A DNA stretch of 64,000 nt from a virus, in the IMG/VR virus record IMGVR_UViG_3300002038_000006, positions 23,480 to 87,479 of that record. The stretch is one strand, 5' to 3'. Below the pieces are notes generated by a model. That model was not told where the DNA came from. It made no database searches and saw nothing but the letters and a program-made list of their open reading frames with translations. Below, piece by piece: positions 20,093 through 30,005 of this stretch. Every line of letters starts with the position of its first letter. Position 1 is the stretch's first letter. The position numbers were made by a program, and so were the translations under genes.

Positions 20093-20632
20093 CTATTTGT
20101 TGCAACAAAGTTGGGTATGTTTACCGAATAAAACGACTAGCGTACATAACATATCGTTCACACCGTTGGGTTGTGAAACCCATTGAGTGTATACGGACTC
20201 ACACGGTTGTGAAGTTCGTTTAATACGTGGTCGATTACCCGGGGGTAAATATTTGAGAGGATGGAAAACAACTTTCTCATCTTCTCCGTGGAATTCCACC
20301 AGTTGACGTCGAGCATTAATACTCATCGCTCTATTACCAGTCTCAATGAAAGAGACAGTATCCTGTAGGAAATCATAACTATAGTCAGATTCACTAACAA
20401 GACAGCGTCGTTCATATATGGAAGATAAATGTGCGATTGGATTATCGCCAAGAATTAACTTAGCGGTGTGTACCAATCTACCGATGAAATCCATAGAAAC
20501 ATATTTTGACGACGACGTCACGTACTCTGAGTACAATGCTTCTACTTCAGGAAGAGCGAGCACTCGTAATTTAGCGCCCACTTTAGGTGAACCAAAGCAG
20601 AAGCCAAAAGGACTTATAGCTGCTTTAGACAT
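20093..20632 (-). CDS. Conserved hypothetical/virion protein (gp91-92 position)
   Basis: ATG overlaps stop of upstream gene; W..QPNGVNDMLCTL motif. Confidence 0.55.
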   Translation of the reverse strand: MSKAAISPFGFCFGSPKVGAKLRVLALPEVEALYSEYVTSSSKYVSMDFIGRLVHTAKLILGDNPIAHLSSIYERRCLVSESDYSYDFLQDTVSFIETGNRAMSINARRQLVEFHGEDEKVVFHPLKYLPPGNRPRIKRTSQPCESVYTQWVSQPNGVNDMLCTLVVLFGKHTQLCCNK

Positions 20633-21506
20633 CCGACATTTCCTCAGTTTGGAATTGAAGTTTTTGAACACGAGATTCATAACGCTCTATTGTCTCTTCG
20701 AGACGAGCATCTTTCTTCCCTTCACGTTGGTTCTTAAGATGAACCAATTTGAATTCCAATAACTCTTTTTCTTCTTCAGCCTGACGTAAACGATGGACCT
20801 GATATTTAGTCCAAGCCATACGAATGTGGTAGATAGGATGCAATTTAGCACTAATAAAACCAAACCCATGTGGGTCGATAGCTTTAGAGCCAACCGATTC
20901 TTTAACTACCGCAATAGCTTCAGGTTTAACCTGCATGTCAGGAATAGCTTCGAAATCTTTCTTAAGAGTCTTTTCTTTCTTAAGGTTTGCTTTGACACAA
21001 ATAAGGAAATCGTTAAAACGCTTTTCTACCCAACGGAAGTCACGCGACAATGCTTTATCGACATTGCCCTTACTACCCATTGCTTCAAGGCCATAGATGA
21101 CCAATAGAAGACGTCGTGCATAGATAGACATGAAGCTCATCGATTCGATGTATTGGTTAATGTTGACTTTTAAATAAGTCATACCGTCACGAACAACATC
21201 GTTCGAGTAATGCTTCTCTACCAACTCTATTACAGTAGCAACGTTAGACGTGCTCTGCTCTAGTGCTGCCTTTGCAAGCAATACTAGGTTTTTGGCTCGA
21301 TGGTCTACTCTACGGTCGGCAATTTTCTGTAAGTCCAGAATATCACGAGACTTAAAAGTGTAGTTCTTATCGAAGAACTCAGCTGCGGCAATAAAAGGAG
21401 GAATTGATTTTGAATCCAACTCTTCCTTTAAGTTACGCAAGTCTTCTTTAATCTGCACTTTTTCCATAGAGGGTAACATTGAGCGAAGGTAATTTTCGAC
21501 TTTCAT
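20625..21506 (-). CDS. Virion (inner body) protein, phiKZ gp90-like
   Basis: YLRSMLPSMEK, NPIYH-like LHPIYHIRM, C-terminal coiled coil; synteny. Confidence 0.6.
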   Translation of the reverse strand: MKVENYLRSMLPSMEKVQIKEDLRNLKEELDSKSIPPFIAAAEFFDKNYTFKSRDILDLQKIADRRVDHRAKNLVLLAKAALEQSTSNVATVIELVEKHYSNDVVRDGMTYLKVNINQYIESMSFMSIYARRLLLVIYGLEAMGSKGNVDKALSRDFRWVEKRFNDFLICVKANLKKEKTLKKDFEAIPDMQVKPEAIAVVKESVGSKAIDPHGFGFISAKLHPIYHIRMAWTKYQVHRLRQAEEEKELLEFKLVHLKNQREGKKDARLEETIERYESRVQKLQFQTEEMSDV

Positions 21507-21517
21507 GTTTACTCCAA

Positions 21518-22600
21518 TTAGAATTGTGGGGAATTACCAAGTTGGTAAGCTTTAAGAATCTCACCAACATCCGGTCCAGTACCCTTGTTCACAGACTTGA
21601 GTTCTTTTACGGTTAGTTGAGTTGGTTCTTCAATGCCACGATGGTAGATAGTAAGTTGTTCCCACTCTGTATCAACGACCATCATAATCATTGTAAGAGT
21701 AGATGAGAACATACGCTCACGGTCTTTAAAGCGCTTCAGCTTGCCACCTAAATCTTTTTCGATTTGACGACGAGTTGAATCGCTAATAATGACCATGGCA
21801 GATGCATTGTTCACCGAAGGCTCACCAGAGAAGATACCACTAATACGATTCTTTGTCCGGCGATTGGCTAGCGTTGCAATCGTACCATCTTTGTCTTGTA
21901 TCATTGATTTCTTCTCAGCGGCAATAAGGTCACTACAGAGAACAATATCTCGCCATAACGAAAGTTCTTTAGCGTCCCATTGGATGTAACGCATTCGAGC
22001 AGAAGTGTCTTTCGCTTTTCCGGCCATAAGCTTAACAAGTGCTTCTTGACCAGTGCTCTTAACACGTAGTCGTACAGAAACATCAATGTCTGCCTCATGA
22101 CCATTTTCTTTAATTTGAACTTTTAATAGTTTACCTACCGAAAGGTTAGATGCATCGCTAAGTTTAGCGTGAGCACCAGAGTCAGTACGTGAACTTGATT
22201 CGTCGCCTTTATCGCGACGTGAGCGGCGTGCTTCAGTTGAAACTGTCGGAAGCCCCACTTCATATGATTCCATAGATAAAAATGAGCCAAAAGAACCGGC
22301 TGCGTTTTTAGTCGGAGAGCGTTCAGTGCTAAGCTTATCGAGTAGCTTAGCTACATCAATATTACCTACGTTTGAAGATATACTTACAGCTTGTAGATAG
22401 TAGCCCGAGAAGATGCTTACTAATGATTGTAAAGCATCCGTGATATATGTCTGTTGACGCAAAGTGGAATCTAGAAGTACTATCGGCTCCACACGAGTAT
22501 CTTTAGTGTACTCGATAAGTGATTCTGAGGTAGCACTACGCATCAGGTCGGTTACACGCCCTACTACACTTAGGGTAGTGTCTACACTTTCCTTATACAT
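21518..22600 (-). CDS. Virion (inner body) protein, phiKZ gp89-like
   Basis: SLIEYTKDTRVEPIVLLD, FSGYYLQA, LSVGKLL, KAYQLGNSP; start corrected to ATG 22600. Confidence 0.65.
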   Translation of the reverse strand: MYKESVDTTLSVVGRVTDLMRSATSESLIEYTKDTRVEPIVLLDSTLRQQTYITDALQSLVSIFSGYYLQAVSISSNVGNIDVAKLLDKLSTERSPTKNAAGSFGSFLSMESYEVGLPTVSTEARRSRRDKGDESSSRTDSGAHAKLSDASNLSVGKLLKVQIKENGHEADIDVSVRLRVKSTGQEALVKLMAGKAKDTSARMRYIQWDAKELSLWRDIVLCSDLIAAEKKSMIQDKDGTIATLANRRTKNRISGIFSGEPSVNNASAMVIISDSTRRQIEKDLGGKLKRFKDRERMFSSTLTMIMMVVDTEWEQLTIYHRGIEEPTQLTVKELKSVNKGTGPDVGEILKAYQLGNSPQF

Positions 22601-22629
22601 GTTTTCTTTCCCCTTAGGAGTTAAGTTAA

Positions 22630-23811
22630 ATGTCTGACAACAAAAATAACAACATTGGTTATAACCCTCAACCGGTAGGTGATACTGGTTTACAGGACTC
22701 ACAATACGGTGACAGTTATATTAACCAATCAGTTGTAAGAGATGCTGTTGCTAAAGCTGGGAGTTCCAGAGGGGAACTCTCCAAGGCGGCCACTAATGCG
22801 TTTTACGGATTCAACCATCGAAACGTAGGCGTTCAGGTAAAGCCGAATAGCGATAACCACGGGTTAACGTTTTTTACCCGCCCTAGACTAAATTTGTCAT
22901 ATGATAATATAGCAGGGGTACGTACTTTTGCACCTTTGCTAACCGACGACCAGTTTACGATGGCCAGAGCCATTCGTTGTATCCTAGACCCAGTGTCTCA
23001 TAAAGGTATAGAAAATACAGGATTAAGAGAGAGTCCAACGGCTAAGAACGTCTCTGGTAAAATCAGTTCACCAATCATTGACCCATTAAATCCTTTCATC
23101 CCAATCATGTCTAACCTGTTAGTTAGTATCTCTGGTTGGCCTGATTCAGTAATGGATACTCACACCTCACCAAACGGTATAGGTAACGAGTCTTGGAGCA
23201 TGATTGATTCATTACCTCTTGACCATAGTACCAATGACATCACCGTTAACTTACGGAATATGTCAGGTGACCCAATATCATTACTAATGCATGTTTGGAC
23301 ACAGTACGCCTCAAGGGTAGCTGAGGGTAGTATGTTACCTTGGCCAGAAGCAATTGCTGAAAATGAAAAAGATTACGATACTAGAATTTATCGCCTAGTA
23401 TTAGATAACCGCCGTAAATACATTACTAAGTTTGCTGCCTGTGGTTATGGTGCTCCGTATGTAAATCCGCTAGGTGCTGATTTCAACTACGATGCCGCCT
23501 CACCAATGATTCAAGATAACCAAGAGAAGTCTATTCCATTTAAGTGCAGTGGTTTCATTTACAATGACCCTATCCTTATTATAGAATTTAATTCTCTAGT
23601 TGCTGAGTACAATACAGCTATGGCTGATGGAACTCGTGAACAACAGATGGTTAAGCTAAAAGATGAGGAGAAAGATTATTTTAATTACCAATCCTATCCT
23701 CGTATTGCCGAAGACGGTAGTATGGAATTAGAATGGTGGGTTAACAAACAAGATTACCAAGACGCTGCTGATGAATTAGCAGAGTTCAACCCTAACCAGT
23801 ATATTAGATAG
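22630..23811 (+). CDS. Virion tail/baseplate protein (phiKZ gp88-like)
   Basis: GLTFFTRPRLNLSYDNI, DYDTRIYRLVLD, YNDPILI, YPRI motifs; divergent pair with gp87-like gene. Confidence 0.6.
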   Translation: MSDNKNNNIGYNPQPVGDTGLQDSQYGDSYINQSVVRDAVAKAGSSRGELSKAATNAFYGFNHRNVGVQVKPNSDNHGLTFFTRPRLNLSYDNIAGVRTFAPLLTDDQFTMARAIRCILDPVSHKGIENTGLRESPTAKNVSGKISSPIIDPLNPFIPIMSNLLVSISGWPDSVMDTHTSPNGIGNESWSMIDSLPLDHSTNDITVNLRNMSGDPISLLMHVWTQYASRVAEGSMLPWPEAIAENEKDYDTRIYRLVLDNRRKYITKFAACGYGAPYVNPLGADFNYDAASPMIQDNQEKSIPFKCSGFIYNDPILIIEFNSLVAEYNTAMADGTREQQMVKLKDEEKDYFNYQSYPRIAEDGSMELEWWVNKQDYQDAADELAEFNPNQYIR

Positions 23812-23822
23812 AGGACTTCCAA

Positions 23823-26726
23823 ATGGAGAATATCCAAACTAGTGAACTACTAGGGGACTTAGAGAAGTTCCGAAAGAACCCTAATGCGATACAGCGTTCC
23901 GTATATGGATTGCTGGATAAAGCTTCTGCTGGTCGTATTAACGTAATTGACCCAAGTAACCCATTCTCTCTTTTACTAGAGAGCTCAGCAGTAATGAGTG
24001 CAGATGGTTTATCTGAAGCTGAAGCATTGACTCGTCGTGTCTATCCTAAGTTGGTAGCAAACGAAGATGAGTTGTATGGCCATATCTCAGATATGGAATA
24101 TGTTGGTGTATGGGGTGCTCCTAGTGGCAGTAACTTCATCTTCATGTTTAATGTCGATGAACTAAGAACATTGTCTAAAGAGGTAGAGGGTTCTACTAAC
24201 CGTAAACTCGTTATCCCTAGAGAGACACGTGTTAATGTAGCCAATGCAGATTTTAGTTTCGCTTACCCAATCGAGATTATCTTTGCAGCATCTGGTTCAA
24301 TCAGTGTTCTGTACGACACCACTGAAGAGTCTCCATTCATGGCTCTTGAAACAAATGTAATTGATTACAAGACAATGACCCATAGTGGCAGTAATGTAAT
24401 CATGTTTGAAGTGGCTGGTATGCAGTATTCAGTAGAGTCGTCTGTAGCAGCCCTATCGAGCACCAGTGGCTTCACTACTACATTATCTATACCAAACCAC
24501 CTTTACTACTGTCGTGTGTACCACAAACAGCTTGGTGGCGAATGGGAAGAGATGGTAACAACTCACTCTGGTCGTGTTTACGATAACGATATTCCTACAG
24601 CTACTCTTAAATACACAGATTCAGCTCTACGTGTTAAAGTTCCAGAAATCTATTTCAATAAAGGGTTGATGGGTGTAGAGATTCGTGTTGATGTTTACAC
24701 TACTAAAGGTGATGTACAATTAGCCCTTGGTGAATATCCATCTGGTTCTGTTAATGTTAAATGGAACGATTTGAATAAGGCAGACGATGGTCGTTACTCA
24801 GCTCCCCTATCACAATTGACTAATGTAGTTATTGTTGGTACTGGAGTAACTACTGGTGGTAACGATGGTTTAACGTTCGAAGAGTTACAAAACAGAACTG
24901 TTCGTAATTCAACTTACAAACCTGCACCTGTTACGGAGTACGACTTAAACAATGTATTGGAAGACCGTGGTTACGACATCCTCAGTGTTACTGATAATGT
25001 TACTGACCGTAAGTTCCTTGCTTCTCGTGCAATGCCTGCTCCAACTACTGGATTGAGTTCAAGTCCTATCGGTACAACCGTAGAGTCATTAAGAACCTAC
25101 GCAGAACTACTCTCTACTTTAGAAACTGTTAACTTCAGTAATAGAGTTTGGAGTATCATGCCAGATACACTATACAAACGTGATGGTGTTGGGATGACTT
25201 TCGTAAGTGACATCGAACGTAAGGCTATTGAAGAATCTTCAGGTGATGAGTTAATTAGCTTACTTGACCAAGAAGAATATTTCTTCAGTCCGTTCCTTAC
25301 TGTTCTTGATACTAACGATTCAATGTTCGAGTACAACAACTACTACATTGACAATCCATTGATTAACAATCGTTACTTTGGTGCGGCAAATAGTAAAGTG
25401 GATTTTAAGGCTACTATAGACTCGATGGCTGTGTATCGTACTCCAAACGGATACGAACTCTCGGTGACTGTTACAGGGGCTGTGGGACATGAAGAACTAC
25501 ATGCTTCTAAGATTGGTTTGCAATTAGCATTCCGTCCGGGTGGTCAGTTACAAAGAACTTACATCGAAGGTACTAACTACGACAGAGATGTTGAAGGTAA
25601 ACTACTATTCCGTTTCCCTCTAGATACAAAGTTCGAAGTTCTTAAAGAACATCAACTACAGATGGAAAACTTCAATATGGTCAATGGTGATACGCTAATG
25701 TATCCGGTTACTCCTGACACAGAGTTTGATTTCATTCACTACGTTACTAATGTAGGACTTGACATCGACAAACGTGATGACCTGCATGATTTACTGGGTG
25801 TACCATTTGCTCCAGCGGATGCAATTGTACTTACCCATGAAACTGCCAACATTCGTCTGTTTGAAAGCTTGGATGGTTTAACCAATCGTTCACGTGTTAG
25901 TATTAACGAACCGACCTATGAAGTATGGGACAGAGATGTACCTTCTACTTACTCGGCTGACGTTTATCAACGAGATAGCGATACTGGATTTTTAACCTTA
26001 GTTGAAAACGATGGGGGTTTCGAACCTATCCTACTTCACTCTGAAGGTGACCCAGTAATAATCGACGATGAACCGCAGTATGATTTCCGTCAAGGGGATT
26101 ATAAACTAGATGAGAAAGGACAGCGTATTGTCGTTGGTAGTAACGGGGAAGTTTACTTCTTCGAACAAGTATTACTCGATGGTCGTTACCGTTATGCTAC
26201 AGAATCAGGAACAGCAGCTTACGTTACTACTGTTGCAACTACTGTGGTGGACTGGGTTAAGAATGATATAGAAACCATTGCTGGTAAACTATTAGCAAGG
26301 ACTGACCTGTTGTTCGCTCCTAAGACCTCTAGTGGAACATTAACTGCGTATTCAGTAGTTGGTGAGCCTAAACAAATCAATGCTGCTATTAGTGCACGTG
26401 TTGACTTATACGTTAACTACAATGCTTACTCTAACTCAGCCATTCGTGCTAGTATCATTAATTCTGTTAAGACAACAGTCATTGATGAATTGAGTAAAGA
26501 TAAAATATCTACTGGTTCTATTCATGACCAATTACGTTCAGTGGTTGGTGACGATGTAGTGACAATCAAGGTACATTCATTTAACGGTGATAGTACATTG
26601 GATGCATTCATTGTTGATAATGAATCTGTAGGTTGTAGTTTAGCTAAGTTACTTCAGCGCCAACCCGATGGTTCAATTGCTTTAGTAGATGACTTAGAGA
26701 TTAATTTCATAAGACATCAAAACTAA
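23823..26726 (+). CDS. Large baseplate wedge-like protein (phiKZ gp87-like)
   Basis: 967 aa; DPSNPFSLLLE; TTGGNDGLTFEEL resembles T4 gp6/baseplate-J GGxDxES. Confidence 0.65.
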   Translation: MENIQTSELLGDLEKFRKNPNAIQRSVYGLLDKASAGRINVIDPSNPFSLLLESSAVMSADGLSEAEALTRRVYPKLVANEDELYGHISDMEYVGVWGAPSGSNFIFMFNVDELRTLSKEVEGSTNRKLVIPRETRVNVANADFSFAYPIEIIFAASGSISVLYDTTEESPFMALETNVIDYKTMTHSGSNVIMFEVAGMQYSVESSVAALSSTSGFTTTLSIPNHLYYCRVYHKQLGGEWEEMVTTHSGRVYDNDIPTATLKYTDSALRVKVPEIYFNKGLMGVEIRVDVYTTKGDVQLALGEYPSGSVNVKWNDLNKADDGRYSAPLSQLTNVVIVGTGVTTGGNDGLTFEELQNRTVRNSTYKPAPVTEYDLNNVLEDRGYDILSVTDNVTDRKFLASRAMPAPTTGLSSSPIGTTVESLRTYAELLSTLETVNFSNRVWSIMPDTLYKRDGVGMTFVSDIERKAIEESSGDELISLLDQEEYFFSPFLTVLDTNDSMFEYNNYYIDNPLINNRYFGAANSKVDFKATIDSMAVYRTPNGYELSVTVTGAVGHEELHASKIGLQLAFRPGGQLQRTYIEGTNYDRDVEGKLLFRFPLDTKFEVLKEHQLQMENFNMVNGDTLMYPVTPDTEFDFIHYVTNVGLDIDKRDDLHDLLGVPFAPADAIVLTHETANIRLFESLDGLTNRSRVSINEPTYEVWDRDVPSTYSADVYQRDSDTGFLTLVENDGGFEPILLHSEGDPVIIDDEPQYDFRQGDYKLDEKGQRIVVGSNGEVYFFEQVLLDGRYRYATESGTAAYVTTVATTVVDWVKNDIETIAGKLLARTDLLFAPKTSSGTLTAYSVVGEPKQINAAISARVDLYVNYNAYSNSAIRASIINSVKTTVIDELSKDKISTGSIHDQLRSVVGDDVVTIKVHSFNGDSTLDAFIVDNESVGCSLAKLLQRQPDGSIALVDDLEINFIRHQN

Positions 26727-26727
26727 G

Positions 26728-26770
26728 ACGGCATAAAGGAGAGGCTCCGACCTCTCCTGATTTATGCTGT
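26728..26770. terminator. Bidirectional hairpin with motif on both sides
   Basis: ACGGCATAAA-GGAGAGG...CCTCTCC..TTTATGCTGT between convergent genes. Confidence 0.7.
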
Positions 26771-26774
26771 TCAA

Positions 26775-28001
26775 CTATTTATTAGCTTTATCGATTGCTT
26801 GTAGGGCAGCGAATATCTTATCGAATTCCGCAATACCTTTAAACATAGCACGCTTGCCTTTAATAGAAACCATTAACAGTATACGAATGAAGTAACTAGC
26901 AGTACGCATTGTTTGCAGTTGAAGATTAACAGCTTCTTTAACTTTAGCGACATCGTCGGCCGTCAAACCAAGCTCTTGTAAATCTCTACTTACAAGTTTA
27001 CGTATTTGATTCTCAAGAGATTCAAACTTGCTAGAATATGTATCAGTTAACTTAAACAGTTCTACATCACTCTTTTCAAAGTTAAGACCTGCTTCCAATT
27101 CAGCCGCTGTAGTCTTTAGATTACTAAATTTGTTACCGCAGAACTTACGAACCAAACGAAGGTCAGTGTCTAGGGCTTCAAACTCTCTAATCTTATTTTC
27201 AAGACTAACGAATAAAGTGTGTACTTTACTGATACTACTAACATCACCTTTACTAAGACCTAACTGTTTAAATTGTTCGTTAAGGAACTTACCACCATCA
27301 TCTTTAATTGCGATACTCGCAGATGAGGTAATGGTAGAAAGATTATGATGGGCAAAGTAAAACTTATCACCACCTTCCACCTTACTGTACGCAGTCATGA
27401 ACTCTTTAGTAGAATTCAGTATTGTTTCGTACATGGCAATAATGAAGTCGTTGATATCGTTATATAGTTCAGGGCGTGGGTTACTGATTACTCTGTATTC
27501 CCATTCGTTGAATCTGTTATCTTTCACAGTCTTAGCGATAGCTTCTTCAACTACCTTAGGACCTGCCTCGTCAACTGCTTCAATTGTTTCCTTACTACTT
27601 AACTTCTCCACAGACTTCTCAGCCTTAGCAACCGCGCCTTCACTCTTCTTAGCACCGAATAACCATTCAAAAGGTTTAACGAATAGTTTTAACACTCCGC
27701 CAACCAATTTAAAGATTAATTCAAATACCTTAGTAATAGCATTGCCAACGCCTTCCCAAAAACCTTCAATGGCTACATTGATATTGGTCTTGGTAGGAAA
27801 CTGTGTAAACAAAGTAGGCATAGCAGATTCAAGAGACGGAGCATTCTTTAGAATAACCGTCCCCTGTTCTCTGTCCACAGTACCATTGGACTCAATCGAA
27901 ACGAAAGTGTCCATTAGGTCTGATTGGGAATCGACTAATACGGCAGCTTCTTGAGATACTTGAACATATATTTCTTCTAAGTCGTCAAGAAACGTTTCCA
28001 T
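26775..28001 (-). CDS. Processed head protein (gp86-like, family domain shared with gp93-97-like proteins)
   Basis: SIE/SLE/AIE sites followed by amphipathic GFWEGVGNAITKVFELIFKL. Confidence 0.6.
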   Translation of the reverse strand: METFLDDLEEIYVQVSQEAAVLVDSQSDLMDTFVSIESNGTVDREQGTVILKNAPSLESAMPTLFTQFPTKTNINVAIEGFWEGVGNAITKVFELIFKLVGGVLKLFVKPFEWLFGAKKSEGAVAKAEKSVEKLSSKETIEAVDEAGPKVVEEAIAKTVKDNRFNEWEYRVISNPRPELYNDINDFIIAMYETILNSTKEFMTAYSKVEGGDKFYFAHHNLSTITSSASIAIKDDGGKFLNEQFKQLGLSKGDVSSISKVHTLFVSLENKIREFEALDTDLRLVRKFCGNKFSNLKTTAAELEAGLNFEKSDVELFKLTDTYSSKFESLENQIRKLVSRDLQELGLTADDVAKVKEAVNLQLQTMRTASYFIRILLMVSIKGKRAMFKGIAEFDKIFAALQAIDKANK

Positions 28002-28002
28002 A

Positions 28003-28401
28003 TTATCGTGCTCCTAATACCTGATAGATAAAGTTGATGTCGTGCTCACAGTCAGCGAATTCAGCTTTCATTGCAGACACTGCATAAATCATTGGGAAGT
28101 GTGTTAGCTCGTAACGGTTCTTCCAGTGATTGTAAACTTCAGCTTGTACCGCATCGATGTTAATAACGATTTGCTCGTTAATAGTACCAATCATTTCGTT
28201 AACGTCAGCCGCCGCAGTTTCAACATAGTGAATCTTAGGGCTACCTTCAATTGCAGAAGATGGAATTGGTAAACGGCCCGCAAGCAATGCAGCAGCGAAT
28301 TTTGTTTGAATGTCTTCACGCTTCTCTAAAGGAACCTGTGAGTTATCAAAAGCCATACGCAACAAACGCATCTTGGCTACTAAATCTTTAATTGTATCCA
28401 T
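28003..28401 (-). CDS. Small virion protein (gp85 position)
   Basis: GGAG RBS; VYNHWKNRYEL motif; synteny. Confidence 0.55.
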   Translation of the reverse strand: MDTIKDLVAKMRLLRMAFDNSQVPLEKREDIQTKFAAALLAGRLPIPSSAIEGSPKIHYVETAAADVNEMIGTINEQIVINIDAVQAEVYNHWKNRYELTHFPMIYAVSAMKAEFADCEHDINFIYQVLGAR

Positions 28402-28403
28402 TG

Positions 28404-29661
28404 TTAGCTAGCTCCTAGGTTGCTAAACTTAGCCGCAGATGCAAACAAGTCATTATTTAATAACTTCTCGATAGTCTGCTGTGCTTCTTTATGTTTTAAT
28501 TCTTTACGGGTTGTAGGTGAAAGTACTTTCCACACTAACTGCAAAGAACCATTACGTTGAGTCATGGTTTCCATAACAGCTTCAATCGCTGCTAGGTCAT
28601 CCAGTAAAGACTGCTTGGTTTCTTTATCAAGCTTTTTATTCTTAAGTTGTTCAACCAAATCACGTTTGACTCGCTCAGCGCGGTCACGTGGTAAATCATA
28701 AGTAGATTCATGTGGGTTGTTAGCAACAATCAAAATAGCTATCAAAGCTGTGGCTGGGCCACCTACTGCTACGGCAGCAAAGAAACTTAAAGTCTTAATC
28801 ATTTCAAGACTATAGAAAGTAGCCGCATTACGGTATACTGGGTTTCTTTGGTAACGTTGGATTTTATCCAGAGCTGTAACTAAAGATAATCCACCGCCAT
28901 GACGAGTAGCGAATTGGTCGGATAGGAATTCAAAGCCTGTGCCGTCGTACATACTAGCACCAGTTTCAGAAACAGACTTCTGAATCTCAGCTTGTAATAG
29001 TACGGTAGCAACACCTTCTTTACTTTGCATGTTAATGATGCGTTCTTTCTCTTCGAATGTAACACCACGTAACTTAGCATACTGGTCTATAATCTCAACC
29101 TTGTTCGCTTTATAAAGCACCGACAGTGGCATTAACAGCATGGTTTAGACTAACAGTAAGTCCAAGCATTTCAAAGTAAGAGAAGATGTGTCCAACTTCA
29201 TGTAGAAGTACGGAAGCAATCTCTTCATCAGACATCTTGTTAGTGGTGAATAGATTCTCACCAAGGAAGATAGAGCAAGGTACTTTACGGAAATCACCGT
29301 GAACCTTACCGTCTTCTAGGTCAACCCAACCTTTAACAGTGTCTTGCCCTTTTGCAATTATAGATAGAGCGTCCTCGTCTCCATAATTAACATTTTTAAA
29401 CTTGCCCATCAAAGGATGGTTTTTATCAAGTTGTGGAACGTATACGTGAGCGTCCCATGGAATTTCAGTAGTATTAAGGGAAACGTTGATATGCGTCTTC
29501 TTTTCAATCAGGTCCGCGATACCTGACTTAGCTAATGTAGAACGATTAATCTTCCCTTTACGGAATTCATTAATCAAACCTGCCAAGCTCAAAAACAACA
29601 CATCGTTACGTTGTACCTTAATAGCCTCAATGCCGAGGCCGGTGGTACGCAGATTATTCAT
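28404..29661 (-). CDS. Virion protein with HExxH metallopeptidase motif (phiKZ gp84-like), split by a +1 frame break at about 29110-29118
   Basis: 5' ORF 29110-29661 has LLHEVGH; 3' ORF 28404-29141 has EFLSDQFA and YDLPRDRAER and lacks an RBS. Confidence 0.65.
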
Positions 29662-29735
29662 CTGAAGTAACTCCTTGCAAGGTTAGTGTTTGTGCAATTG
29701 CATAACATAGGAATGCTTTTATATTACCACGTCAT

Positions 29736-29766
29736 ATTAACCCTGTCCTTGAAGGACAGGGTTAAT
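29736..29766. repeat. 14-bp perfect inverted repeat in divergent intergenic region
   Basis: ATTAACCCTGTCCT-TGA-AGGACAGGGTTAAT. Confidence 0.8.
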
Positions 29767-30005
29767 TAAAAGAAAAGAGACTAAGAGATTAAAGACAAGG
29801 GATAAGGATTATAAAACCTCGTTCCTCGCTTTTATATTTTTTATATAATCCTCCCCTCCCCTACAACAAGATTTGAATCAGTAATTTTTATTTCTAACGA
29901 AAGTTCAGTTGAGTTCTAGAATCACTAAAATGTTGCAGTCAAAAAATACTGAGGGACATTTTAATATAGACTAGCATAACTAAAAATTTTATTCGAGGAT
30001 AAACA

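Noticed and set aside
20093-21506. 56-bp overlap suggesting a frameshift between 20625 and 20093 ORFs
   Set aside because: An internal ATG (20632) overlapping the upstream stop gives an ordinary coupled gene pair
21518-22702. Overlap of divergent genes at 22630-22702
   Set aside because: True start is ATG 22600; the extension is spurious
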